33,585 nt of DNA from Opitutia bacterium UBA4654 (GTDB lineage Bacteria; Verrucomicrobiota; Verrucomicrobiia; Opitutales; Intestinicryptomonadaceae). Positions 18,640 through 27,185 of the stretch are shown piece after piece. The notes below the pieces were generated by a model, which was not told the DNA's origin, ran no database searches, and saw nothing but the letters and a program-made list of their open reading frames with translations. The DNA lies in NCBI GenBank assembly GCA_002405555.1, contig DHMA01000006.1, positions 1 through 33,585 of the forward strand, read 5' to 3'. Every line of letters begins with the position of its first letter. Positions within the stretch are counted from its first letter, which is position 1. A program made the position numbers and the translations under genes.

Positions 18640-19984
18640 ATCTAAGAGCCTCAATGGGGTCGAGCCGCGCCGCCTTCCACGCGGGGTAGTATCCGAAAAC
18701 CACGCCCACGAGAGCCGAAACGCCCACAGCCAAAACTATCGCGCCGTACGAAACCGACGACGGCCAGTGCATGAGAACCGACATCGCAACCGACAGCCCG
18801 TGTCCGAGCGCGATTCCAAGCAGCCCTCCGAGCATGCAAATCACGATTGATTCCACCAAAAACTGTTTGAGAATGTCGCCGCCGCGCGCGCCGACCGCCA
18901 TGCGCAGCCCGATTTCGCGCGTGCGCTCCGTTACCGAAACGAGCATTATGTTCATGATACCTATGCCGCCTACAAGCAGCGAAACGAACGCCACGCACAG
19001 AAGCAGGTTCGTAATGGTCTCGGTCTGCGACGTGAAAAACTCGGAAAATTCCGCCATGGTGCGGATTCTGAAATCGTCGTCGTTTTCGGGCGCAAGCCTG
19101 TGGGTTTCGCGCATTACGGCGGTGATTTCCTCCACCGCGCGGGGCACCTCCGCCTGACTCGGCGCGGAGAGAATAAGCGAGTCCACGTTTGCGAAGCGCA
19201 CGGGCGGGCGGTTCGAGCTTGACGACGACGGGTACAAGTCGAGGCTTCCGACGTAGAAGTCGGACGTGCTCGACGCGCTGCTTGTGGAGCTTGTCGCGGA
19301 AGTCGAGCTAAGCGACGTGCTTCCCGCGCCGCGCAGGCGCATTTTCACGGTGGTCCACGGCGCGATTACCGTGTCGTCCTGGTCGAAGCCCATCATGTTT
19401 GCGCCCTTTGTTTTGAGTACGCCGATGATTTTAAATACTACATTCTGAATGCGCAAATCCTTGCCGACGGGGTTTTCGCCGTCGAAAAGCTCGCGCACAA
19501 TCGTAGACCCCACGAGGCAGACTTTGGAGCCGCGCGCGACGTGCACGGGGTCTATCGGCTCGCCGTCCTCTATGTACCAGTTCGCGATTTTCAGGTAGTC
19601 GGCGTTGACGCCTATGATGCTGAACGGGCTCCAATTCCTTCCGCCGTAGATAATCTGCCCGCGCACGTTCACCACGGGAGAAACCGACACGACCGACGGG
19701 CAGCCCTTTTTGATTGCGGCGACGTCGGTAAGCGTGATGTTCGCCCTGCCGCTCGAACCCGAGCTTACGCCGCTTCTCGTGATGGTTCCCGGCCAGACGC
19801 GGATTGTGTTCACGCCCATGTTGGCGATGTTTTTTGCAAGCGTCTCCCTCGCGCCGTTGCCTATTTCCATAAGCGCGATGACCGCGGCGATGCCTATGAC
19901 AATGCCGAGCGTCGTCAGGAAAGTACGGGTTGGGTTGCGGCAGATTGCCTTCAACGCCCATTTCAATACGCGCAGTTTTCTCAT
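18632..19984 (-). CDS. MacB/FtsX-like ABC transporter permease
   Basis: Motifs RTFLTTLGIVIGIAAVI, GGIGIMNIMLVSVTERTREIGLRMAVGA and PAWKAARLDPIEALRYE. Confidence 0.95.
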   Translation of the reverse strand: MRKLRVLKWALKAICRNPTRTFLTTLGIVIGIAAVIALMEIGNGARETLAKNIANMGVNTIRVWPGTITRSGVSSGSSGRANITLTDVAAIKKGCPSVVSVSPVVNVRGQIIYGGRNWSPFSIIGVNADYLKIANWYIEDGEPIDPVHVARGSKVCLVGSTIVRELFDGENPVGKDLRIQNVVFKIIGVLKTKGANMMGFDQDDTVIAPWTTVKMRLRGAGSTSLSSTSATSSTSSASSTSDFYVGSLDLYPSSSSSNRPPVRFANVDSLILSAPSQAEVPRAVEEITAVMRETHRLAPENDDDFRIRTMAEFSEFFTSQTETITNLLLCVAFVSLLVGGIGIMNIMLVSVTERTREIGLRMAVGARGGDILKQFLVESIVICMLGGLLGIALGHGLSVAMSVLMHWPSSVSYGAIVLAVGVSALVGVVFGYYPAWKAARLDPIEALRYE

Positions 19985-20676
19985 TTTCGCAATACGGTGT
20001 CGGAGGAAATTTCCCCGTCTTTGAGTTTGATGATGCGTTTCGCGCTTTGCGCGACGTCCATTTCGTGGGTAACGAGGACGATTGTAACGCCGTCCTTTTC
20101 GTTGATTTCGTTGAAAATCCGCAGGATTTCGTCGCTCATTTTCGTGTCGAGGTTGCCCGTCGGCTCGTCGGCGAAGACTATCTGCGGCTTGTTGACGAGC
20201 GCGCGGGCTATTGCCACGCGCTGCTGCTGTCCGCCCGAAAGCCGCGACGGCTCGTGGTCCATGCGGTCGGCAAGCCCGACGCGTTCGAGCATTGCCTTAC
20301 CCATTTCGAGCATCTTCTTTTCCGACAAATGCGCCGCGGTGTAGCCGAGCGGCATTATGACGTTTTCGAGGGCGGTCGTCCTTGCGAGCAGGTTGAAATT
20401 CTGGAAGACGAAGCCGATTTTCTTGTTTCTTACGTCCGCGCGGCCGTCGTTGTCGAGCTTCGAAATCTCCCTGCCGTCGAGCCAGTACTCGCCGCCCGTG
20501 GGTCTGTCGAGACAGCCCAGAATGTTCATCAGCGTGCTTTTGCCCGAACCCGAAACCCCCGTGAGCGCGACCATTTCGCCGCGCTCCACATTCAGGGTAA
20601 TGCCCTTCAAGACGGGCAGCGAGATGTCGCCCATGAAGTAGGTTTTTTGAATGTTTTTAAGCGAAATCAGGCTCAT
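19981..20676 (-). CDS. ABC transporter ATP-binding protein (MacB/LolD-like)
   Basis: Walker A GVSGSGKST, signature LSGGQQQRV, ADEPTGNLD and VTHE. The start MSLISL forms an ATGA overlap with the adaptor gene. Confidence 0.95.
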   Translation of the reverse strand: MSLISLKNIQKTYFMGDISLPVLKGITLNVERGEMVALTGVSGSGKSTLMNILGCLDRPTGGEYWLDGREISKLDNDGRADVRNKKIGFVFQNFNLLARTTALENVIMPLGYTAAHLSEKKMLEMGKAMLERVGLADRMDHEPSRLSGGQQQRVAIARALVNKPQIVFADEPTGNLDTKMSDEILRIFNEINEKDGVTIVLVTHEMDVAQSAKRIIKLKDGEISSDTVLRK

Positions 20677-21947
20677 TTTTTTGCGGGCGCGTTGCCCTTT
20701 TTGCGTTGCGGCATTTTCGGCATGAACGGCGTTGTCACCGCGGACTTTGCGGCGGCGGTTTCGACGCCCGTTATGAGGACGTCGCCCGCCTTGATTTCCG
20801 CCGTTTCGACAGCAGTCCACGCGCCGTCGTTGATAAGGGTTTTGACCTTCACGGGGCGCACTTTGTTTTCGCCCGCAAGCACCCACACGCAGCGCGAATT
20901 TTCGGGCGCGGACTCGCCGTCGGCGATGTATTTTGCGTCGGGCGAAAAGCGCAGAGCCGCGTTCGGCACGGCGAGCGCGCCGTTTTTGCGCGCGGTTTCG
21001 AAACTCAGATTCGCCGAAAGATAGGGCAAAAGTTTCAGGTCGGAGTTGTCCGTGAGAACCTCCACAACATACGTCACCACGTTTTGCGACATCGTGGCGT
21101 TCAGGCGGATTTTCCCGACTGTGCCCGCGAATTTTTCCGACGGGAACGCGTCAACCGTAAACGACACGGGCTGTCCCTTGTGGATTCCGCCGATATCCGC
21201 CTCGTTCACCGAAGCCCAGACCTCCATGCGGCGCAGGTCTTTTGCGATGGAAAACAGGCTGCTTGCGCTCATGTTCGAAACAACCGTCTGCCCCACGTTC
21301 ACCTTGCGGTCGATGACGACGCCGTTGACGGGAGCTTTGATGACGCAGTATTCGAGGTTGCGCTTTGCCTCTTTCATGTTCGCCTCCGCCTGCACGACGT
21401 CCGCGTTCGACTGCAAAATTTTGGCCTTTGCCACGTCTATTTCGGCGGTCGCCTTTTCCCACGCGGCAAGGTAGGAGTCGTACGACGCCTGCGAGAGCGC
21501 TTCCGACGCGCCAAGACGCTCGGCGCGTTTCCAGTCGCGCTCAGCCTGACGCAGGTTAGTTTGCGCCACGACGAGGTTTGCGTTCGCCTGCGTCTGCGCC
21601 GCCTTTGCGGCTTCGAGCTTTGCGTTCGCGCTCAGGTAGTTCGACTGCTGGATTTGGTCGTCGATAAGCGCGATGACGTCGCCCTCGCGGATTTCCGAGC
21701 CGTAATCGACCTCCTTGCCGTCCTTGTCCTTTCCGAACGCGATGATTTCGCCCGAAACGCGGGCGGCTACGTCAACCAGGTCTTCGGGTTCGACAGTGCC
21801 CGTTGCGTCTATTGTCTTCACGACGTCGCGCGTCTGCGCCGTTGCCGTTTTGAATTGTACGGCGGCTTCCGACGACCCGAAAAATCCGAAATATATGCCC
21901 GCGCCCGCGGCTGCGAGCACAATGGCTGCAAATAATAATTTTTTCAT
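20673..21947 (-). CDS. MacA-like periplasmic adaptor (membrane fusion protein)
   Basis: N-terminal TM anchor, ATGTVEP, an alpha-helical hairpin, IKAPVNGVV..VGQTV, VNEADIG and FTVDAFP. Confidence 0.93.
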   Translation of the reverse strand: MKKLLFAAIVLAAAGAGIYFGFFGSSEAAVQFKTATAQTRDVVKTIDATGTVEPEDLVDVAARVSGEIIAFGKDKDGKEVDYGSEIREGDVIALIDDQIQQSNYLSANAKLEAAKAAQTQANANLVVAQTNLRQAERDWKRAERLGASEALSQASYDSYLAAWEKATAEIDVAKAKILQSNADVVQAEANMKEAKRNLEYCVIKAPVNGVVIDRKVNVGQTVVSNMSASSLFSIAKDLRRMEVWASVNEADIGGIHKGQPVSFTVDAFPSEKFAGTVGKIRLNATMSQNVVTYVVEVLTDNSDLKLLPYLSANLSFETARKNGALAVPNAALRFSPDAKYIADGESAPENSRCVWVLAGENKVRPVKVKTLINDGAWTAVETAEIKAGDVLITGVETAAAKSAVTTPFMPKMPQRKKGNAPAKK

Positions 21948-22041
21948 GTTCCCTTTATATACAAAAAATTTCCTCCGTGCACTGATGAAAAACGCAGACG
22001 AAGCAATAAAGTTTCAAAAAATAAAAATACGCAATAAAAAA

Positions 22042-22075
22042 TTGACACAACAAACGCAGCTCCCATATTGGGAGC
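22042..22075 (+). promoter_or_regulatory. Promoter of the HTH gene with an overlapping palindromic operator
   Basis: TTGACA-N16-CATATT. A perfect inverted repeat GCTCCCA-tat-TGGGAGC at 22059-22075 covers the -10 element. Confidence 0.6.
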
Positions 22076-22077
22076 GC

Positions 22078-22359
22078 ATGGACGGCAGAAAATCGCACGA
22101 AATAACGGTACTTGAAGAATTCATGAAGGAAAACGGATTCACGCGCAAGGATTTGGAGGCGCAGGTAGGCTCGCGCTCGCGCGTTTCCGAGGTGCTGTCG
22201 GGCAAAAGGCAGCTGTCGATTTCAATGCTGAAAAATCTGGTGAACAACTGGGGAATAGACGCAAACCTGCTTCTAAAAGACCCGTCGAACAAGCCCGAAA
22301 AACACGCCGCCGCCGAGCGCAAAAGCGGCAAAGACTCCATCGTCTGGCTGCTCGACTAA
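22078..22359 (+). CDS. Orphan HigA-like XRE/HTH transcriptional regulator (93 aa)
   Basis: MKENGFTRKDLEAQVGSRSRVSEVLSGKRQLSISMLKNL matches the C-terminal HTH of HigA antitoxins. The ORF-track start at 21715 overlaps the adaptor gene and is rejected. Confidence 0.85.
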   Translation: MDGRKSHEITVLEEFMKENGFTRKDLEAQVGSRSRVSEVLSGKRQLSISMLKNLVNNWGIDANLLLKDPSNKPEKHAAAERKSGKDSIVWLLD

Positions 22360-22466
22360 TCCCCCCTCCCTCCCGTTTTCGCCGCACGATTCCGCCGAAT
22401 CCCGCGCGTTGCAATACGCAGAAATGCCTTGCAAAAGCGGAAGTTTATCGATTAATTATGTTTTCG

Positions 22467-25073
22467 ATGAAAATTTCCGCCGCTATTTTACTTTCCATTT
22501 GCGCCGCGTTTTTGTGCGCGTGCGACAAAACGCCGACATACAAAGTCGGAACGTCGAACGGCGTGCCGCGGCTCGAATTCGACGGCAAGCCCGTCCGCGC
22601 CCGCATGCTCTACGTCTCCATGCCCGACTTCAAAATCTTTCCGCCCAAGCCCGAATTTCCGTTTCTCGAAAGCGGCGCGAAAGACTTTTCGATTCCCTTT
22701 AAAAGCGGGGCGGCGGCGCGGACACTGCGCGTAATTTTCAAACCCGACGCGCGGGACGCGGGCTTCGAAATTTCGAAGCTCGAAGTCCGCGAAACGCCGT
22801 CGGGGAAAACCGTGTTTTCGGCAAGGCTCGACGCGCAAAACCCGCGGATAAAATCCGTTCCGTCGGGAGCGGACGCCCCCGAATTTGCGGACGGCGCGGT
22901 GAAAATCGCAGCAAGAGGCGACGGCAAAAGCGCGGGAATCGCGTTCGGCGGAATAAAGACGGAGGCGGGCAGGCAGTACGAAATTCTAATTCGGGCAAAA
23001 ACAGACTCCGCGCCGTTCACCCTGCGTTGCGAAATTGCCGACTCTTCCACAAACAAACCGCTGCCTCTCGACCCGAAGCTGTACATCGCAGAGCAAGTGA
23101 AGCTCGCGAAGTCGGCGGGAATCGACATCATCACGTTCCCGCTCCAAGCCGAAAGTTTCTACGACGGCGAAACGCCCGACTTCGGCGCAATCGACAGGTC
23201 GTTCCAAGCCGTCCTGACGGCGAATCCCGACGCGAAAATCCTCCCGCGAATCCGCTTCTATCCGTCGCCGAAATGGCTTGCGGCAAACCCCAACTCCGCC
23301 ATGACGTTTTCCGACGGCAAACGGAGCGCGGCGTTTGCGGCGGTTTCGTCGGAAAAATACAGGGAGCAGTCGCGCCGCGCCCTCGAAACGATAATAGACT
23401 ACGCCGAAGCCCGCTACGGCAAAAACATCATAGGCTACCACCCCGCGGGCGGAAACTCCTGCGAATGGTTCTACGGGAACTCGCACACAGTCTCGCCGTT
23501 CGCGGGCTACGACGCGTCAACGGCAAAGGCGTGGAACAAGTGGCTTCTGAAAAACTATCCGAGCGACGCCGTCCTCCGCGCCGCGTGGAACGACAATTCC
23601 GCTTCGCGAGCCTCCGCAAAAGCGCCGACGCAGGACGAGCGCGTAGCGCCCGACTTCCTCATAAATCCGCAGACGCAAATGCGCCTTGCCGACTTCAACA
23701 AATTCAGGCAGGACGAAATCACCGACACCATGCTCGAACTCGCGGCGGTCGTGAAGAGGAAAGTGCCGAACAAGCTTTCCGTGTTTTTCTACGGCTACAC
23801 AATCGGATTTTCAGGCTGCTACAACGGCGCGGCGAACACGGGGCACTACATGTTCGAAAAGCTTTTGCACTCCGGTTTAATCGACGTCTACTGCGGCCCG
23901 AACAGCTATTGGGACAGGTATTTCGGCGACGGGCAGCTGACCAACACAGTCCCCGAAACAATCGCCCGCCACGGCAAATTCTGGATTGACGAAGACGACA
24001 TCCGCACGCACCTCGCCGTCCGCCGCGAGGGCGCAAAGCCGTGCGGGATAGAGGGCGCAAAAACGCCCGAAGAATGCCGAAGCATACTCTTCCGCTGCAT
24101 GGCGCACCAAGCGGTTCGCAACAACGGCTCGTGGTGGATGGACCTCACGGGGCGGGGCTGGTACGCCGAACCCGAACTCTGGAAAATCATGGAAAGTTTC
24201 GGAAGCGTCGAAACCGACATGCTCGAAAATCCGTCGCCGTACAGCCCCGAAGTCGCGATAATTTTCGGGGAGGAATCGAGCAACTACCTCGCGCCGCAGT
24301 GGCGCGGCGGAAACTTCGCCGCCGAATACGCGCGGGCGACAAGGTATTACGCAAACAAAAGCTCCGCGACATACGGCTCGTACCTGCTGCGCGACACGCT
24401 CGAAAAGCCGCTAAACGCAAAGCTCCTCGTCTACGCGGCGGCGTACGCGCTCGACAAATCCGCGCGCAAAAAAATCTTCGAAATGTCGCGCAAGACGCCG
24501 TCGATTTTCGTCTGGGCGACGGGCTACATCGACACCGACGCGCGGAAATTTTCGACCGACGCAATCCGCGAAGCCACGGGCTTCGAAGTCGAAAACGCGC
24601 AGGACGGCACTCTGAAAGCCCATTACGTTGCGACTCCCGAAGGCGAAAAAATCGGGCTTCCGAAAGACTCGCGGTTTTACGACCGCAAACGCGCCTACTC
24701 TCCCGCGTTCTCGCCCGTCTTGCGGGACGGCGACAGGGTTTTTGCGACATTCGAAAACGGCAAGCCCGCGATAGTTTTGCGCGGCAAAAACCTTTTCTGC
24801 GGCTTCGGATTCGTTCCAAAAGAAGTCTACGCCGAAATGTACAGAATTGCGGGCGTGCACAGATACGCCGACATTCCGTGCTCGGTACGCGCCAACGGAA
24901 AATATTTAAGCGTAGTGCCCGTTGACATTCCGCGCGGCAAAACGGCAAAAATTACCATTACCCCGAAAGGCGGCAAAACGATATACGACGCGGTTTCGGG
25001 GAGGAAGCTCGCCGACGGAAAATTGGAGGCTTCCGCAAAGCGCGGCGACGTTTTCTTCCTACGCGCGGAATAG
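22467..25073 (+). CDS. Large lipoprotein, putative clan GH-A glycoside hydrolase (GH42/beta-galactosidase-like); alternative start at 22458
   Basis: Lipobox LCAC. Motifs IIGYHPAGGNSCEWFY, WNKWL..Y, DFNKF, FFYGY and WIDEDDIRTH, plus a C-terminal alpha/beta domain (PEVAIIFGEES). Confidence 0.7.
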   Translation: MKISAAILLSICAAFLCACDKTPTYKVGTSNGVPRLEFDGKPVRARMLYVSMPDFKIFPPKPEFPFLESGAKDFSIPFKSGAAARTLRVIFKPDARDAGFEISKLEVRETPSGKTVFSARLDAQNPRIKSVPSGADAPEFADGAVKIAARGDGKSAGIAFGGIKTEAGRQYEILIRAKTDSAPFTLRCEIADSSTNKPLPLDPKLYIAEQVKLAKSAGIDIITFPLQAESFYDGETPDFGAIDRSFQAVLTANPDAKILPRIRFYPSPKWLAANPNSAMTFSDGKRSAAFAAVSSEKYREQSRRALETIIDYAEARYGKNIIGYHPAGGNSCEWFYGNSHTVSPFAGYDASTAKAWNKWLLKNYPSDAVLRAAWNDNSASRASAKAPTQDERVAPDFLINPQTQMRLADFNKFRQDEITDTMLELAAVVKRKVPNKLSVFFYGYTIGFSGCYNGAANTGHYMFEKLLHSGLIDVYCGPNSYWDRYFGDGQLTNTVPETIARHGKFWIDEDDIRTHLAVRREGAKPCGIEGAKTPEECRSILFRCMAHQAVRNNGSWWMDLTGRGWYAEPELWKIMESFGSVETDMLENPSPYSPEVAIIFGEESSNYLAPQWRGGNFAAEYARATRYYANKSSATYGSYLLRDTLEKPLNAKLLVYAAAYALDKSARKKIFEMSRKTPSIFVWATGYIDTDARKFSTDAIREATGFEVENAQDGTLKAHYVATPEGEKIGLPKDSRFYDRKRAYSPAFSPVLRDGDRVFATFENGKPAIVLRGKNLFCGFGFVPKEVYAEMYRIAGVHRYADIPCSVRANGKYLSVVPVDIPRGKTAKITITPKGGKTIYDAVSGRKLADGKLEASAKRGDVFFLRAE

Positions 25074-25140
25074 AAAAACAAGGAAGCCGCGCGAGCCGTG
25101 CGCCCTCCCCGCGCCGCGAAATTCCCGCCGCAAAAGCCGC

Positions 25141-25177
25141 AAAAAACGCCGAAGCCCCAAGAGGTTTCGGCGTTTTT
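25141..25177. terminator. Bidirectional terminator
   Basis: A6-CGCCGAAGCC-ccaaga-GGTTTCGGCG-T5 between convergent genes. Confidence 0.85.
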
Positions 25178-25197
25178 GTCCGCGTTTCGGCGGCTCG

Positions 25198-26889
25198 CTA
25201 TTTGCGCATTCTGTCGTAGGCGCAGACGAGACCTTTCAGCCCTGCCGACTCTATGTTCGAGTCAACCCCCACGCCCCAGACCTTGCGGCCGTCCGTCTGC
25301 GATTCGAGGCAGATGTACGCCGCCGACTTCGTCGCCGAGCCTTTGCCGATTGCGTGCGAGCGGTAGTCTACAAGCTTGAAGTCTTTCATGCCGTTCGAGG
25401 CGAACGCCATCACGAGCGCGTTAATCGGCCCGTTGCCCGTTGCCGACAAAATTTTCTCCTCGCCGTTGACGCGAAGCTTTGCGGAGATGAAGACCCTGTT
25501 GGGGTCGTCGTCGGGCTTGTTGTCGTCGGTGTCGATTTTGTACGACTCCAATTTTACGGGGCTTTCGCGGCGGGCGAACTCGTCGGCGAAGATTTCGAAA
25601 ATCTCGTTCGGCTGAAGCTCCTTTCCGAGCTTGTCGGCTACGCCGTTTACGTAGTCGCCGACCTGCTGGCGCATCGCCTGCGGAATGTCGAAGCCGAAGT
25701 CGTTTTGCAAGATGTACGCAACCCCGCCCTTGCCGCTCTGCGAGTTTATGCGGATAATCGCCTCGTATGAGCAGCCGATGTCGGTGGGGTCGATGAGCAG
25801 GTAGGGAACTTCCCATTCCTTGATGCCGTCCTTGCGCATCATGTCCATGCCCTTTTTGATGGCGTCCTGATGCGAGCCGCTGAACGCGGTGAAGACCAAG
25901 TCGCCCGCGTAGGGCTGGCGCGGCGGAACTTTCATTCCCGTGCATTCCTCGTATACCGCGCGGATTTTCGGCAGGTTGGTGAAGTCGAGCTTGGGGTCTA
26001 CGCCCTCCGCGTACATGTTGAGCGCGACCGTCACGATGTCGAGGTTGCCCGTGCGCTCGCCGTTGCCGAAGAGCGTGCCCTCAACCCTGTCCGCGCCCGC
26101 CAAAATGCCGAGCTCGGTAGAGGCTACGCCCGTGCCGCGGTCGTTGTGCGTGTGGAGGCTGATTTCGACGCAGTCGCGGTCTGAGATGTTGCGGCAAATC
26201 CATTCTATTTGGTCGGCATACACGTTGGGCTGGTTGTACTGCACGGTTTCGGGCAGGTTTACAATCAGCTTGTTCTGCGGAGTCGGCTTCCAAATGTCCT
26301 TGACGGCTTCGCAGATTTCGAGCGCAAAATCAAGCTCGGTGTCGCTGAAACTTTCGGGCGAGTACTCCATTCTGACGCGCGTGCCGCTCTTTTCGGCTTC
26401 GTCGGCGAGCCGCTTTACGAGCGTCGCGCCCGTCCGCGCAATTTCGATAATCTCTTCGCGCGACATCTTGAAAGTTACCTTGCGCTGCAACGCCGACGTG
26501 CTGTTGTAGAGGTGCACGATTGCGTTTTTGCAGCCTTTGAGGGCTTCGAAAGTCTTGCGGATTAAGTGCTCGCGGCTTTGGGTGAGCACCTGCAAGGACA
26601 CGTCGTCGGGCACGAGGTTTTCGTCGATGATTCTGCGGATAAAATTGTACTCCGTTTCGCTGGCGGCGGGGAAGCCGACTTCGATTTCCTTGAACCCTAT
26701 TTCAACAAGCGTCTTGAAAAGTTTGAGTTTCTGCTCGACGTTCATCGGAATTGCGAGAGCCTGATTGCCGTCGCGCAAGTCCACGCTGCACCAAGCGGGC
26801 GCAGCTTCTATTTTTTTGTCGGGCCACTGCCTGTCGGGCAGTTTGATGTCGAACCGACGCCTGTATTTCAATATGTCGCTATTTTTCAT
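25198..26889 (-). CDS. leuA: 2-isopropylmalate synthase (type 2, yeast/actinobacterial-like)
   Basis: Motifs WCSVDLRDGNQAL, EIEVGFP, YSPESF, HTHNDRG, GNGERTGN, AFSGSHQDAI and RINSQSGKGG, with a C-terminal regulatory domain (GNGPINA). Confidence 0.97.
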   Translation of the reverse strand: MKNSDILKYRRRFDIKLPDRQWPDKKIEAAPAWCSVDLRDGNQALAIPMNVEQKLKLFKTLVEIGFKEIEVGFPAASETEYNFIRRIIDENLVPDDVSLQVLTQSREHLIRKTFEALKGCKNAIVHLYNSTSALQRKVTFKMSREEIIEIARTGATLVKRLADEAEKSGTRVRMEYSPESFSDTELDFALEICEAVKDIWKPTPQNKLIVNLPETVQYNQPNVYADQIEWICRNISDRDCVEISLHTHNDRGTGVASTELGILAGADRVEGTLFGNGERTGNLDIVTVALNMYAEGVDPKLDFTNLPKIRAVYEECTGMKVPPRQPYAGDLVFTAFSGSHQDAIKKGMDMMRKDGIKEWEVPYLLIDPTDIGCSYEAIIRINSQSGKGGVAYILQNDFGFDIPQAMRQQVGDYVNGVADKLGKELQPNEIFEIFADEFARRESPVKLESYKIDTDDNKPDDDPNRVFISAKLRVNGEEKILSATGNGPINALVMAFASNGMKDFKLVDYRSHAIGKGSATKSAAYICLESQTDGRKVWGVGVDSNIESAGLKGLVCAYDRMRK

Positions 26890-26904
26890 TTTATATTGAC
26901 GTTA

Positions 26905-26933
26905 AATTTATTCCGCTTCCGCAAAAAAAGCAA
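26905..26933 (-). promoter_or_regulatory. Putative leuA promoter
   Basis: TTGCTT-N17-TAAATT, 15 nt upstream of the ATG. Confidence 0.6.
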
Positions 26934-27185
26934 GCGCGATTCCCAATCGGGAAAACACGCCCGACTTGAAGAATTGCGAATGCCCGCAAACCGAGTTTAA
27001 AAACTTCATGCGCGGCGAAGCCGAACCGCTTAGGCTTGTCAAATTGGGTGAAGAAAGGCGGCTTTGCGTTTTGGCGGCGGCGCGAGCATATTAGACATAT
27101 GCGACCGCTGCCGACGAAAAGTGAAACGCCCTTATTTGCCCGATTTCACAAGCCCGACAAAAGCTCTGGGCTGCATTGCGCCGCG

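Noticed and set aside
21715..22077. N-terminal extension of the 214-aa ORF-track protein
   Set aside because: It overlaps the adaptor gene and the promoter spacer. The HTH-like region and promoter geometry support a start at 22078.
21948..22466. Complete HigBA toxin-antitoxin system
   Set aside because: No RelE/HigB-like ORF on either side of the HTH gene.
16671..25073. Genomic island integrated at tRNA-Cys
   Set aside because: No integrase, no visible duplicate of the tRNA 3' end, and the downstream genes have host-like codon usage.
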